Origin: Minisyncoccota bacterium
GTDB lineage: Bacteria; Patescibacteriota; Minisyncoccia; Phycocordibacterales; SW-6-46-9
Reading direction: 5' to 3'
Assembly: GCA_040904025.1 (NCBI GenBank)
Contig: JBBDUG010000033.1
Span: 365 to 64,364, forward strand
Length of the DNA: 64,000 nucleotides
Both the position numbers and the translations under genes were made by a program. The notes below the pieces were generated by a model. That model ran no database searches and was not told the origin of the DNA. It was given only the letters and a program-made list of their open reading frames with translations. This document shows, piece after piece, positions 29,683 through 39,910 of this stretch; the first letter of the stretch is position 1, and every line of letters begins with the position of its first letter.

Positions 29683-30378
29683 TTAGAATTGATTATGAAA
29701 ACGAAGATCACCTCGGAAGAGAAGGCGGACATCATCAATACCGTATCGGAGCATTGTAAGTCGGTCGAGTCCCATACCAAATGCAAATCCCTGCCATTTT
29801 TTAGGATCAACACCAGCCGCCTCTAAGACATTCGGATGCACCATTCCTGCCCCGAGGATCTCTGTCCACTCAGATTCTCCTTTTGGACGCATGTCCACCT
29901 CCACCCCCGGCTCTACAAACGGAAAGTAGCTGGGACGTAATCGAACATCCATGTCTTTTCCAAAGAACTCATCAAAGAAATAATTAAGTGTTCCTTTCAG
30001 ATGCCCGAGAGTAACATCGGTTCCGATCATAAGCCCTTCAAGCTGATGGAACTGAACTTCATGAGTTGCATCAGTTGCCTCATATCGATATGTCCTACCA
30101 GGCGCAAGAATACGAAATGGAGGTTGAGCATCTTCCATGAAGCGAATCTGTACCGGCGAAGTGTGTGTGCGCAAAAGATCTCCCAGATTATTCTCTTCAA
30201 GCCAGAAGGTATCCCACAGATCTCGTGCCGGATGATCTTTGGGAACATTTAATGCATCAAAATTATAATGCTCTGTTTCGACTTCGGGACCTTCAGCCAC
30301 CTGAAAACCGAGCGAGCCGAGAATATCGACTGCTCGTCGTACAACGATTGTATTCGGATGATAGTGGCCGTTAGACAT
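29683..30378 (-). CDS. pheS: Phenylalanyl-tRNA synthetase alpha subunit (catalytic core only, 231 aa, no N-terminal coiled-coil)
   Basis: Class II motifs: [16 protein letters not shown], motif 2 ([13 protein letters not shown]), motif 3 ([17 protein letters not shown]). Confidence 0.85.
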   Translation of the reverse strand: MSNGHYHPNTIVVRRAVDILGSLGFQVAEGPEVETEHYNFDALNVPKDHPARDLWDTFWLEENNLGDLLRTHTSPVQIRFMEDAQPPFRILAPGRTYRYEATDATHEVQFHQLEGLMIGTDVTLGHLKGTLNYFFDEFFGKDMDVRLRPSYFPFVEPGVEVDMRPKGESEWTEILGAGMVHPNVLEAAGVDPKKWQGFAFGMGLDRLTMLRYGIDDVRLLFRGDLRFHNQF

Positions 30379-31507
30379 AGATTCTTTTTATAAGGGGGTT
30401 TATGCGTGTAATAGTCTCATACCAACTGGTATCGTCAAGTGATGCCATCTCATATGCCGTGATCTTCTCATCTCCCTGCTCTCCGATAAGTACAACCTCA
30501 TCTCCCATTGATGTCCCAGGGATATCGGTAACATCAACAGTAATAATATCCATTGAAACCCTTCCAACAACACGAGCTCTTTTACCTCTGATAAGTACAT
30601 GTCCAATTCCTGATAATTTTCGAGAAAATCCATGCCAATATCCAACCGGACAGATAGCAAGTGTCGCGTCATGAGAGAGAACCTCTGTACCATCATACCC
30701 CACCCGTGTTCCCACGGGAACGTTCTTCACCTCCCCCACGATCGTCTTCCAAGAGAGGGCGGGAGTCAGAGTCAAATCTTCCTCAAGATGTGCTTTTGCC
30801 TCTTGAGAAGGCCAGAGCCCATACATACCGATTCCTATACGCACAAGATCGAAATGAGACTCCGGAAATAAAAGTGCTCCTCCCGTTGCTGCTGTGTGGC
30901 AGAGTGGAGAAAAACCCCCATCTTCAAATGCATTTTTCCATTCGGTAAATCGTTCGATTTGAGTATTGGTGAAATGAGGTAGCACCGGATTTTTTGCTGC
31001 AGAGAAATGAGTGAATAATCCTTCAATATGTAACTCCCCTTTATGTTTCTTTAGAGTCTTTAATAATAGATCTCTGTCTTTCTCAAAAAACCCATGACGT
31101 GTCATTCCAGTATCAACTTTGATATGAATCTTGGGAGCTACTCCCCCCTTCTCCATCTCTTGTATTACAGCCTCAAGTAGATCAAAGGTTGAAACGGTAA
31201 TACTTATACCCTTTTCAGCTGCCTGGGAGATACGCTCCGGTAATGTATACCCAAGCACGAGAATAGGAATTGATATCCCTTCTTTTCGCAGAGCAAGTGC
31301 TTCAACGATAGAATCGACAATAAGCCAATCGATTCCACAATTAATAACCTCTTGGGAGAATTGTCGAAAATCATGACCGTATGCATTTGATTTTACAACC
31401 GCTCCTAAGGCTGTACCGGAGTCAATATGGGACCTAAAAATATTGAAATTATCCTGTATTGCTACCTTATCAACCTCTATCCATGTACGGAGTCCATCTG
31501 TCATCAT
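30371..31507 (-). CDS. alr: Alanine racemase
   Basis: PLP-binding [11 protein letters not shown] (Lys of VVKxNAYGHG), C-terminal domain. Overlaps the pheS start by 8 nt. Start chosen at MMTDG. Confidence 0.8.
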   Translation of the reverse strand: MMTDGLRTWIEVDKVAIQDNFNIFRSHIDSGTALGAVVKSNAYGHDFRQFSQEVINCGIDWLIVDSIVEALALRKEGISIPILVLGYTLPERISQAAEKGISITVSTFDLLEAVIQEMEKGGVAPKIHIKVDTGMTRHGFFEKDRDLLLKTLKKHKGELHIEGLFTHFSAAKNPVLPHFTNTQIERFTEWKNAFEDGGFSPLCHTAATGGALLFPESHFDLVRIGIGMYGLWPSQEAKAHLEEDLTLTPALSWKTIVGEVKNVPVGTRVGYDGTEVLSHDATLAICPVGYWHGFSRKLSGIGHVLIRGKRARVVGRVSMDIITVDVTDIPGTSMGDEVVLIGEQGDEKITAYEMASLDDTSWYETITRINPLIKRIYV

Positions 31508-31540
31508 ACTAAGAATACTAGCGCACAAATACCTGCTTAT

Positions 31541-31572
31541 CAAAAGAAAATCCGCACCTTTTCAGCACGGAT
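31541..31572 (-). terminator. Intrinsic terminator downstream of tRNA-Thr (minus strand)
   Basis: On the minus strand, auccgugc-ugaaaag-gugcggau (8 bp including 2 G.U pairs) followed by UUUCUUUUG. Confidence 0.5.
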
Positions 31573-31591
31573 TAGCTCTATTTTTCAGCTT

Positions 31592-31667
31592 TGGAGCCAC
31601 CTCGGAGACTCGAACTCCGGACCTATCCCTTACAAGGGGATTGCTCTACCAACTGAGCTAAGGTGGC
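31592..31667 (-). tRNA. tRNA-Thr (anticodon TGT), CCA encoded
   Basis: Reverse complement GCCACCUUAGCUCAGUUGGUAGAGCAAUCCCCUUGUAAGGGAUAGGUCCGGAGUUCGAGUCUCCGAGGUGGCUCCA. Full cloverleaf, anticodon loop cuUGUaa. Confidence 0.85.
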
Positions 31668-31702
31668 AACGGAGACTAGTATACCGAATAGAGTATAAAA
31701 TG

Positions 31703-32071
31703 CTAGTCACTATACCGATCGTGCAATTTGCTTATATATTTTCGCACCTTACCCAAAAAGCGAAGAAGGGTAACGATTATGTCGTGAATAACACTAGCAA
31801 TGACTGTAATGGCAAACTTTGCACCACGGCGGAGTGTAGGGTGCTCGCGCAATTCTTGCACTTTTTGTGTAAGACTCTGTCCTCCGCGCTCCAAAAAGGA
31901 AGAGATCTGGGTTTGAATAAAGTTAACGCTTTCTTCAAGCCACTTATTCAACTTCTTTCTTATAACAACCAAAAAGCGAGGAAGTCCCCGCTTCTCTTCA
32001 AACAGACGAGTTCCGAGGAGAATAATAATTCCCGCAAGTGAAAATATGAAGATGTAAAACCATGCGGTCAT
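31703..32071 (-). CDS. Small membrane protein (122 aa)
   Basis: N-terminal TM helix. Only a 3-nt gap to tsf. Confidence 0.35.
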   Translation of the reverse strand: MTAWFYIFIFSLAGIIILLGTRLFEEKRGLPRFLVVIRKKLNKWLEESVNFIQTQISSFLERGGQSLTQKVQELREHPTLRRGAKFAITVIASVIHDIIVTLLRFLGKVRKYISKLHDRYSD

Positions 32072-32074
32072 GGA

Positions 32075-32659
32075 CTATATAGAGAATCGTGCGTAGTCTC
32101 CAATATCAACGCGTTCCCCAAATTTTTGAGTTGCTTCTGCAACGAGATCCTTTATGGCCTTCTCGCCATCTTTGATATACGCCTGCTCCATAAGAACCTT
32201 GTCTTTAAAGTATGAATCCATCTTCCCCTGAAGAATCTTTTCTTGCATATCCTCCGGCTTATCCTGAATCTCTTCAACAAAGACTTCCTTTGCTTTCTCT
32301 CGAGCAGTCTCATCAATATCCTCAGTAGTTTTAAACTGGGGGTTCATTGCTGCAATGTGCATTGCAATTTCATATCCAAACTCTTGAAATTCTTCGTTAC
32401 GCGCAACAAAATCTGTCTCACAGAGAACCTCTACCATAGCACCAACTGTTGCATTGGTGTGGATGTATGCCTGCACGACACCGGCACCAAGGTCACGTCC
32501 CGATTTCTTCTCAGCGGTTGCTTTGCTCTTTTTCTCGAGAATCACAAGTGCCTTCTCCATATCACCACCAGCTTCCTCTAGTGCTTTTTTGCATTGCATA
32601 ATAGAGACACTACTCTTGTCTCGAAGTTCTTTGATTTTCTCTGTGCTAATTTCCCCCAT
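32075..32659 (-). CDS. tsf: Elongation factor Ts (short form, about 195 aa)
   Basis: N-terminal MGEISTEKIKELRDKSSVSIMQCKKALEEAGGDMEKAL (UBA-like EF-Tu-binding motif). Confidence 0.85.
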   Translation of the reverse strand: MGEISTEKIKELRDKSSVSIMQCKKALEEAGGDMEKALVILEKKSKATAEKKSGRDLGAGVVQAYIHTNATVGAMVEVLCETDFVARNEEFQEFGYEIAMHIAAMNPQFKTTEDIDETAREKAKEVFVEEIQDKPEDMQEKILQGKMDSYFKDKVLMEQAYIKDGEKAIKDLVAEATQKFGERVDIGDYARFSI

Positions 32660-33350
32660 CTTTTTGTTTTGTATCGTTAATAACATTGGTAATTTCTCCC
32701 ACAACATACTCAATACTTGAGCGTGATGCATCATTACCGGGAATAGGATAGTCTACAACATTAAAATCACAATCATTGTTGCAAAGTGCAATGATCTCTA
32801 CCCCCTTCATACGCGCCTCTTTGACTGCAAGAGACTCTTCATTTGCATCGATGATGAAAAGTGCCTTAGGAAGACCCTCCATATCGACAATGCCTCCAAA
32901 CTTGTCTTCAAGCTTTCGCACTTCTCGATCAAGGATAAGCTGTTCCTTTTTTGTATACTTATCAAGCTCCCCTTTCTCTCGCTGAGCAATGAGCTTGTGG
33001 TATCGATCGACTCGCTTTTTTATCTGTGAGTAGTTGGTAAGTGTCCCACCAATCCAGCGTCCAACCATATACGGCTGATTTACACGTTCAGCAGCCTCTT
33101 GCACGATACGTGCTGCTTCAGGCTTGCTTGCAACAAAAAGAATGTCCTTGCCTTCAGCAATCACACTCTGTGCATATTCTTTAGCTTCTTCAAGCTTTCG
33201 CTGCGTCTCTTCAAGATTAAAAATCTCCACCCCATCTTTTTTGCCATAGATAAAGGGTTCGCTTGAAGGATGCCGACGCGATTTCTTGTATCCGTAGTGG
33301 ACACCTGCCTCGAACATGCTCTTTATTTTGTTGTCTGCTGTGGTGGGCAT
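32646..33350 (-). CDS. rpsB: 30S ribosomal protein S2
   Basis: GVHYGYKKSRRHP, FIYGKKDGVEIFNLE. 234 aa. Confidence 0.9.
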   Translation of the reverse strand: MPTTADNKIKSMFEAGVHYGYKKSRRHPSSEPFIYGKKDGVEIFNLEETQRKLEEAKEYAQSVIAEGKDILFVASKPEAARIVQEAAERVNQPYMVGRWIGGTLTNYSQIKKRVDRYHKLIAQREKGELDKYTKKEQLILDREVRKLEDKFGGIVDMEGLPKALFIIDANEESLAVKEARMKGVEIIALCNNDCDFNVVDYPIPGNDASRSSIEYVVGEITNVINDTKQKDGGN

Positions 33351-33395
33351 ATAGCGTGGACTAGAATAGCAAAGTGAAGGGGGTTTGACAACTAT

Positions 33396-34382
33396 TTAAA
33401 CCTCTAATTCCTCTTGTGCGGCTAGTAATACATCAATTATGGAATCAATCTCTCCTTCCATAATTGACTCAATATTGTGCCAAGACTCTTTAATTCTGTG
33501 ATCAGTGACACGATCTTGTAGAAAATTATATGTGCGTATCTTCTCACTCCTGTCCCCTGTCCCGATTTGGTTCTTACGCTTTTCAGCATACTTACGAGCC
33601 TCTTCTTCTTCGACTGCCTGTTCGACCTTGGCCTGCAAAATCGCCATAGCTTTCTCGCGATTTTTTAACTGACTCCTCTCTTCGGTCACACGAACATCAA
33701 TCCCGGTTGGTTTGTGTATAACACGCACTGCTGTCTCTACCTTGTTCACATTCTGTCCCCCCTTTCCTCCGGCACGAGAGAACTCCATCTCTATATCCTC
33801 CTGCTTTATCTCAACTTTCGACTTCTTCCGAATTGGCAATATCGCCACAGATGCAGTTGAAGTATGAATACGTCCCGACTTTTCTGTCTCAGGTACTCGT
33901 TGTACACGATGCACACCGGTTTCAAAACGGAGTTTGCGATATACATCCTCTCCTCGTATTTCAAAGTTTGCCTCTTTGTATCCCCCGATCCCTAATGGGG
34001 ATGTAGAAGTGGTGGTAACAGTCCATCCTTGGGATGCGGCATATTTCTGATACATCTCTACTAGATCAGCGGCAAAGATCGCGGCTTCGTCTCCACCAGC
34101 TCCTGCACGAATTTCCAAAACAATATGATTGGGGAATTCTTCTTCCTCCTCTTCGGATTTACGCATCTCAACGATCTGATCCGCCACACCTTCTAATTGC
34201 TTGGAAAGTGTCCCGATCTCCTCCTCGGCAAGTTCGGCAAGTCCTGGATCGGATAGTGCTGTCTTTTTTGTCTCCTCGATTCTCCCCTCGACCCGTTCAA
34301 ACTCCTGCACGAGAAAAGAGTACTTCGAATCGCTGCGAAGTTCGTCAATTTCACTTTTCACCTGTTCAATAGATTCCGACAT
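33396..34382 (-). CDS. prfA: Peptide chain release factor 1-like (GGQ present; tripeptide PET where RF1 has PxT)
   Basis: [25 protein letters not shown] aligns to RF1 RVQRVPATESQGRIHTS. GGQ in [13 protein letters not shown]. Confidence 0.8.
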   Translation of the reverse strand: MSESIEQVKSEIDELRSDSKYSFLVQEFERVEGRIEETKKTALSDPGLAELAEEEIGTLSKQLEGVADQIVEMRKSEEEEEEFPNHIVLEIRAGAGGDEAAIFAADLVEMYQKYAASQGWTVTTTSTSPLGIGGYKEANFEIRGEDVYRKLRFETGVHRVQRVPETEKSGRIHTSTASVAILPIRKKSKVEIKQEDIEMEFSRAGGKGGQNVNKVETAVRVIHKPTGIDVRVTEERSQLKNREKAMAILQAKVEQAVEEEEARKYAEKRKNQIGTGDRSEKIRTYNFLQDRVTDHRIKESWHNIESIMEGEIDSIIDVLLAAQEELEV

Positions 34383-34406
34383 ATCTCTATTCTACATCAC
34401 AAATAC

Positions 34407-34433
34407 GAAAAGCTCGGATACCCGAGCTTTTTC
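34407..34433. terminator. Intrinsic terminator between rpmE and prfA
   Basis: agctcgg-atac-ccgagct, with an A-run on one side and a T-run on the other. Confidence 0.55.
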
Positions 34434-34450
34434 TGTACATAATATCCTCG

Positions 34451-34720
34451 TTACTTCCCCTTCTGCGTCTTCTTAGCACGCTCCTGACGCGCCTTAAACT
34501 TCTCAACCCGTCCTGCGGTATCAACAACTGTTTCTTTGCCTGTGTAGAACGGATGAGAAGCACTGGAGATCTCTACACGGTAGAGGGGGTATTCATCTCC
34601 ATCCTCCCACTTATCCGTCTCTTCCGTTGGCACGGTTGAGGAGATAAGGAAACGCTCCCCACTTGATGTGTCGTGGAATATAACGGGTCGATAATTTTCT
34701 GGGTGTATTTCCTTCTTCAT
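34451..34720 (-). CDS. rpmE: 50S ribosomal protein L31 (type B, no CxxC zinc ribbon)
   Basis: [17 protein letters not shown] ... HPFYTGK. Confidence 0.85.
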   Translation of the reverse strand: MKKEIHPENYRPVIFHDTSSGERFLISSTVPTEETDKWEDGDEYPLYRVEISSASHPFYTGKETVVDTAGRVEKFKARQERAKKTQKGK

Positions 34721-34930
34721 ACGGGTGAGACTATATCACAATTTCTCTCTGTATCAAATAGTGAATCGTAACAAGGGAGCAGATATTGTGTCTGTATATA
34801 CTAGATAAGTCATTGTTTGTTGTATGTGTCAATACTCTGTTGAGTCCATTGACTTATATAAGTACTTAATGCAGTGTGTATATTAGACGACGATTCTCGA
34901 TAACTAGATGACTATTAGAGAGGTAGCGAC

Positions 34931-36238
34931 ATGAAATACGTTCTTTTCTTTACAGTAACGCTGATGCTCATCGGCGTATCTACTTCACACGCACAGTTTA
35001 TGCCCGCTCAATATGTGGACACGAATCCACCGGAAGTTCGCGGACTCAACCCGTATATAGACAATTTTGTCTGTTCGATCGTTACTCCGGAATTCGAACT
35101 TCCCGACAATGCGGAAGATGATGGGTTCATGTTAACACCGAGCCACATGCGTGAGCTACGCACACTCTGCGCTGAGGAAATTGACCAAAAGGTACACCCA
35201 AGCGTCGGGCATGAGATCCATGTATTTGGGAACGATGACGAGACCCGTTTCGTAACGGTAGGAAATCTCTCGGATCTTCCTAAGTACTCACGCCAGGCAA
35301 ATCACGACTATGAATATGCGGCACAGCCCCGTGCAGTCGTGGTCGCCAGCGCTCTCGTAGATGCATTGGGATATAATCCCCTTAATGTGAAGGTGGTAGG
35401 ATTGCCGGGAGACTTCTTTTGTCGACCGAGTATGTCCGAATCCGAATGCGAGAAGGAGAAACGCGGTGTATACATATACACTCTTCCTTCAACCGTCTCC
35501 AACCGACGTCTAATCGACGATCTTTCAGTAACCCTGGAAAATCACGATGAGCGCATTTCGAATCTCGAGGACGCTCCTCGAGAGCGAGATCGTTCCGACG
35601 AAATAATTGATGTCGTCAGAGCGGAAGGGGATCGGACACGGGAGACCGTTACCGCGGAACATGAAGAGACCAGACGAGCGCTGAACCAGGGCGGTTTCTA
35701 TGCCTTGGGGGAATATCTAACCTTCCCCAAGAACATGGGTAATCATTTTGGCTCCGGAATCGGGTATTCATGGGAAGGCTTCAGTATTGACGCTCGCTAT
35801 CACAAGGCGTCAGACAGCCACACCGAAATGGTCTACCCTCATGTGGGGGACAACGTCCCCGTCCTCTACGAAGGTATCTGGCACGGCGCAATGGGATCAC
35901 TTAATCTCCACCCCCTTTCGATCAGACCACCAGACAGCTGGGGGGCAGGTTGGAGAAGGAATCTAAAGTTCATGCCCTATGTCTCTATTACCGGCGGTAT
36001 CATGGCTCGCTACATGAGCCCTAAAGAAACTCTCCCGGGCTCATGGGACTTCCGCCAAGAATTCCCCATTGTGGGATGGGAGCTGGGTGTAAACCTTCGG
36101 TTTTTGGACCACGTGGAGGGATACATTGGAGGGGGAATAAAGACCTTTTGGCCACCGAAGTTAGATCGCTCGACAGAATACAATGAGCGAGTAGACGATG
36201 GTGGTTCGCTACGCATCGGCGTGCGACTCATTCACTAG
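34931..36238 (+). CDS. Secreted hypothetical protein (signal peptide; C-terminal half rich in amphipathic beta-strand-like segments)
   Basis: MKYVLFFTVTLMLIGVSTSHA signal peptide. C-terminal alternating hydrophobic patterns (GIGYSWEGFSIDARY, WELGVNLRFLD, SLRIGVRLIH). Confidence 0.45.
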   Translation: MKYVLFFTVTLMLIGVSTSHAQFMPAQYVDTNPPEVRGLNPYIDNFVCSIVTPEFELPDNAEDDGFMLTPSHMRELRTLCAEEIDQKVHPSVGHEIHVFGNDDETRFVTVGNLSDLPKYSRQANHDYEYAAQPRAVVVASALVDALGYNPLNVKVVGLPGDFFCRPSMSESECEKEKRGVYIYTLPSTVSNRRLIDDLSVTLENHDERISNLEDAPRERDRSDEIIDVVRAEGDRTRETVTAEHEETRRALNQGGFYALGEYLTFPKNMGNHFGSGIGYSWEGFSIDARYHKASDSHTEMVYPHVGDNVPVLYEGIWHGAMGSLNLHPLSIRPPDSWGAGWRRNLKFMPYVSITGGIMARYMSPKETLPGSWDFRQEFPIVGWELGVNLRFLDHVEGYIGGGIKTFWPPKLDRSTEYNERVDDGGSLRIGVRLIH

Positions 36239-36268
36239 TTCCGAAAAGATTCCGACACAAGACACACA

Positions 36269-36303
36269 GCCACAGTCCCTCACGGGAATGTGGCTCTTTT
36301 TTT
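36269..36303 (+). terminator. Intrinsic terminator
   Basis: gccacagtccc-tcac-gggaatgtggc (one mismatch) followed by TCTTTTTTTC. Confidence 0.65.
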
Positions 36304-36318
36304 CAAAAACTTTAATTC

Positions 36319-37662
36319 TTAGAGATCCTCCAACGGATCAATCATAGTGCGCTGGATATTCTCAGCCTGAGAGAGTACGGAGTCAGCATATCCGAGTCCA
36401 TTTGTCTGCCATCCTCCACCGGCAAAGTATCGCGCCGCAGCCTCACGCTCCGCGCTCCATCCACCATACACTGCACCAAGATCTTGAAGGAAAAGTGCTG
36501 TGGCCATAAAGGCATGGCGTGGTTCCCACGGATTTGCAATGGAAACTCCAAGGGTACTTGCAACACGATCCTTGTACATCATCCATGTAGACGGGATAAA
36601 CTGAGAGGGTCCCATCGCACCACCATATCCAATCCACTGTGGACATGAGACCACTTGGCCATATGGATCAAATCCAAGTTCATCCGCAATTTTAAGAAAT
36701 GGTTCCACATCACGTCCGGGCTTCATAACATTATCAAAATGACGTCCTGTATTCTTTCCGACACCAGCTCCGGTTGCGGGATCGGTCAGATAACATTGTC
36801 CGACATTTGCACCTAAATCAGATTCTTGTTTGAGAATGCCGAGAATAAAGGCAGTACGAACTCCAGTTTTTTGTGATGCAGCACGTGCATACCGAAGCGC
36901 ATCCTCAAACTTGATCGGTCCGGCATCACGAAGTTGGAAAAGTGCATTTCTAATTTCATTCGCCTCACGCTGCTTCTGGGAAATCACTTGTTCATATGTT
37001 TGCTCTTCACTTTTGCTCGCGAACAGCAATACCTGCTTCTCATCTTCCTTTGCTTCAACTTCTTGTTTTTCTTGCTCTATCGCATATCGTGCATCGGCCT
37101 CAGCACGACGACGTGCCTCCAGTGTTGTCGTCTCATTTCTAAGAACTGCTTGTATATCACGAATATTAGAGAGCGAGCTGTGAATTGCCGTCTTTACCGA
37201 CGCCACATTATCCAAATCCTGGAAGAAGGTAGAAAGACTTTCACTCCCCAAAATTATCTCAGCAAGAGAAAAAGAGTCTATTTCATTTCTTCGACGAACC
37301 AGTTGTGCGAGTGACTCTTTCTCTCGTACAATCTTCTCAGAAAGAGATTCGATCGTTTGCTCTTTCTCTTGCATTTCTGTTGTGATATTGCCAATTGCAA
37401 GATTCTTTGCGCGAATAGAAAGTTGCGCCTCTCGTATCTCAGCATTTAAAATAGCAATATCTCTCTCTATAGATTGAGTTTCCTGCCTTTTTACATGTAA
37501 AATCTTTCGTTGTTCAAAAATTTCATTTTCAACTTCAGCAAGCTCATCTTCAAGACGCTCCCGCCTCTCCTCCTCTGTCTCTGCAGAAATAGAGAGGGGT
37601 ATAAGAACTCCTAAAAGAACGATGGTGAGTATACATGCGGTAACACGTTTCATACGCCTCAT
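36319..37662 (-). CDS. Secreted coiled-coil protein with a C-terminal lytic transglycosylase (SLT/MltB-like) domain
   Basis: Signal or TM segment. A coiled coil of about 250 aa. ILKQESDLG (catalytic Glu-Ser) and YGGAMGPSQFIPSTW are typical of SLT_2. Start chosen at the internal Met MRRMKRV. Confidence 0.6.
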   Translation of the reverse strand: MRRMKRVTACILTIVLLGVLIPLSISAETEEERRERLEDELAEVENEIFEQRKILHVKRQETQSIERDIAILNAEIREAQLSIRAKNLAIGNITTEMQEKEQTIESLSEKIVREKESLAQLVRRRNEIDSFSLAEIILGSESLSTFFQDLDNVASVKTAIHSSLSNIRDIQAVLRNETTTLEARRRAEADARYAIEQEKQEVEAKEDEKQVLLFASKSEEQTYEQVISQKQREANEIRNALFQLRDAGPIKFEDALRYARAASQKTGVRTAFILGILKQESDLGANVGQCYLTDPATGAGVGKNTGRHFDNVMKPGRDVEPFLKIADELGFDPYGQVVSCPQWIGYGGAMGPSQFIPSTWMMYKDRVASTLGVSIANPWEPRHAFMATALFLQDLGAVYGGWSAEREAAARYFAGGGWQTNGLGYADSVLSQAENIQRTMIDPLEDL

Positions 37663-37733
37663 TATACAGAAAACTTGAGTTTGAAAGAAATGTCTTTGCA
37701 TTGTAAAGAGAAGACGGTTAATTCCTAACCCCC

Positions 37734-38423
37734 TTACTCCTCTTCTACTTCTCCTGGAGTTCCCGCTTCCGCACCGCCAGCTTCACCCTCAGCACCTTCT
37801 TCAGGTGCTTTTCCGCGCTCTTCTGAGAGTTCAATTGATTCAAGATCAATTTCAGTTGATTCTTCTTCTGGCTCTTCTTCTTCTCGTGGTTCTTGTACAG
37901 AAATTATAATGTCATCCGCATCAAGTTGTGCGACGACTCCTTCGGGGAGAGATATGTCCCCTACAGTAATATGATCACCAATCTCTTCGAGTCCAGAGAG
38001 ATCAACTTCAATATGTTGAGGAAGCTTCTTTGGCTCTGCTTCAACTGGAAGTTCGTGAAGAACCTTCACGACAACACCACCTTTGTCCTCAGCGGGTGCC
38101 TCTCCGATAAATTCAAGGGGGATATCAACTTCAACAGTTTGTCCCTCCTCTACAACATAAAAATCAACGTGGAGTGGTTTTCCAGTGAGAGGATGAACTT
38201 GAACTTCGTGTATCAAAACATCTTTTTCATCTTTCCCCATCTTAAGAGAAATCATGGCTGATTCCCCTGCTTCATGCCATACACGCAGAAAATCACCAAG
38301 AGCAACAGAAACGGGAGTAGAATCTGTTTTTGCCCCATAAAATACAGATGGTACAAACCCCTCTCGACGAATACCATCGTTATCTTGTGTCGTTTCTCTT
38401 TTTTCTGCGGCAAGTGTTAGCAT
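37734..38423 (-). CDS. rplY: 50S ribosomal protein L25 / general stress protein Ctc with an acidic C-terminal tail
   Basis: L25 N-terminal beta-barrel (REGFVPSVFYG ... VQVHPLTGKPLHVDF) and an acidic tail. Confidence 0.8.
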   Translation of the reverse strand: MLTLAAEKRETTQDNDGIRREGFVPSVFYGAKTDSTPVSVALGDFLRVWHEAGESAMISLKMGKDEKDVLIHEVQVHPLTGKPLHVDFYVVEEGQTVEVDIPLEFIGEAPAEDKGGVVVKVLHELPVEAEPKKLPQHIEVDLSGLEEIGDHITVGDISLPEGVVAQLDADDIIISVQEPREEEEPEEESTEIDLESIELSEERGKAPEEGAEGEAGGAEAGTPGEVEEE

Positions 38424-38510
38424 CGGGAGTATTGTACATACATTTCATGGATTCGCAACCGATGTGCACTGAAATAAGATGATTATATTCCACACACTCC
38501 TCTATTAGGA

Positions 38511-39395
38511 TCAAATATTCCAAAAGAGTCGAATGTACTTCCCTACCACCTCTTCCACTGCTTCTGTAACAGGCTTCATGTATCGATATGGAGCCAATTC
38601 TTCTGTATTTTCTTTCAAGGAGTCCTCGAGAGCTGCGCGTACTCCAATACGTATCTCCGTACTAACATGCACAGTCGACATCCCTGCTTCTATCGCCATA
38701 CGAAAATCTTCTTCTGTAACTCCCGATCCCCCATGAAGGACAAGCGGGACACCTGCCGCACGCCGAATGGCGGAGATAAGGTCAATATGTAATCGCGGAT
38801 TTGAACGCCCCTTCAGCTTCCCGTGCAAGTTTCCGATCGCCGGTGCGAAGAGATCAACTCCTGTCTCTTCAACAAACCGAGCCGCTATCTCCGGTGTCAC
38901 AAGCCCTTTTCCGTCCACCTGTGCGTCTTTAGGTATCTCATCAAGAAGCTTCGAAGATGTACCGATATACCCCACCTCTCCTTCCACTAACATTCCATCA
39001 TTATGCACTCGTGCATATTCAACTGCCTCTTTTGTCACCCGAATATTATCCTCCAGATCATCGTCCGCCTCATCGATAATAGCGGCATCAAATCCGGCAT
39101 CCACTGCTTCTTGAAATGTCTCAAGAGAATGAGAATGATCTGCATTTACAAACAAGGGGTAATCATATTCTTCTCGAATACTTTTCACAAGTAGTACCCC
39201 TTGTCGTATTCCAAAAGCGCTCCGTTCTCCTTCAGAGAGACCAACTATGACAGGAATCTTCTCCCCCACTTCACGCGAAATACGTTGCGCAACGCGAAAA
39301 ATCCCCCAGAGCATTTCAATGTTTGCCGCATTAAAATGACCTACCGCCCTATTCTTCTCTTCTGCATCTAAAACATATTCTTTGAGTGTTTTCAT
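38511..39395 (-). CDS. fba: Class II fructose/ketose-bisphosphate aldolase
   Basis: AVGHFNAANIE, VPLVLHGGSG, metal-binding His residues. Confidence 0.8.
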   Translation of the reverse strand: MKTLKEYVLDAEEKNRAVGHFNAANIEMLWGIFRVAQRISREVGEKIPVIVGLSEGERSAFGIRQGVLLVKSIREEYDYPLFVNADHSHSLETFQEAVDAGFDAAIIDEADDDLEDNIRVTKEAVEYARVHNDGMLVEGEVGYIGTSSKLLDEIPKDAQVDGKGLVTPEIAARFVEETGVDLFAPAIGNLHGKLKGRSNPRLHIDLISAIRRAAGVPLVLHGGSGVTEEDFRMAIEAGMSTVHVSTEIRIGVRAALEDSLKENTEELAPYRYMKPVTEAVEEVVGKYIRLFWNI

Positions 39396-39460
39396 ACTTG
39401 TATTGTATCAAATCATATAAATATTGTATTCTGTAGATATAAGAGACTAACGAATAGACT

Positions 39461-39892
39461 ATGGAATTAATACCCCCCGTAAGAAACGAAGAAGGAGTCG
39501 AGGAAGAAGAATATCTAAATGAGCAACAGAAAAAAGATCTCACCAGCTTCACTAAAATACTAAGTGAAGAACAACTACATCGACTCGCAAAGAATATAGA
39601 AAGCGGTGACTTGCCCGCTTCACCCGAGCAGGAGATATCTGATCTTGTATGGGCGGCAACGCGAGATAAGCAGGAAGCACATGAACTGGGCGAGCAGCTC
39701 AAGAAGAAGCTCGGGGAAAAACGATATGAACACTTCAAACCTATGGATCTTCAAGCTGCTCTCGGTGGAAATGATGTCAACACGAATCGCTTCCTGAACG
39801 AACTTCATAACATCATAGCTGCAACTGCTCTGAAACGGGGGATATTTTTCAAGGACTCTTCAGATGACTCTGATACAATAGAAAGTAATTGA
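39461..39892 (+). CDS. Acidic hypothetical protein (143 aa)
   Basis: ORF in a divergent promoter context. No motif. Confidence 0.35.
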   Translation: MELIPPVRNEEGVEEEEYLNEQQKKDLTSFTKILSEEQLHRLAKNIESGDLPASPEQEISDLVWAATRDKQEAHELGEQLKKKLGEKRYEHFKPMDLQAALGGNDVNTNRFLNELHNIIAATALKRGIFFKDSSDDSDTIESN

Positions 39893-39910
39893 CACTAAAT
39901 ATATAACAAC

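Noticed and set aside
31427-32041. Plus-strand ORFs (204 aa and 72 aa) overlapping the tRNA-Thr locus
   Set aside because: They are antisense to a perfectly folded tRNA-Thr(TGT) and to the downstream minus-strand genes. They have no motifs and are spurious.
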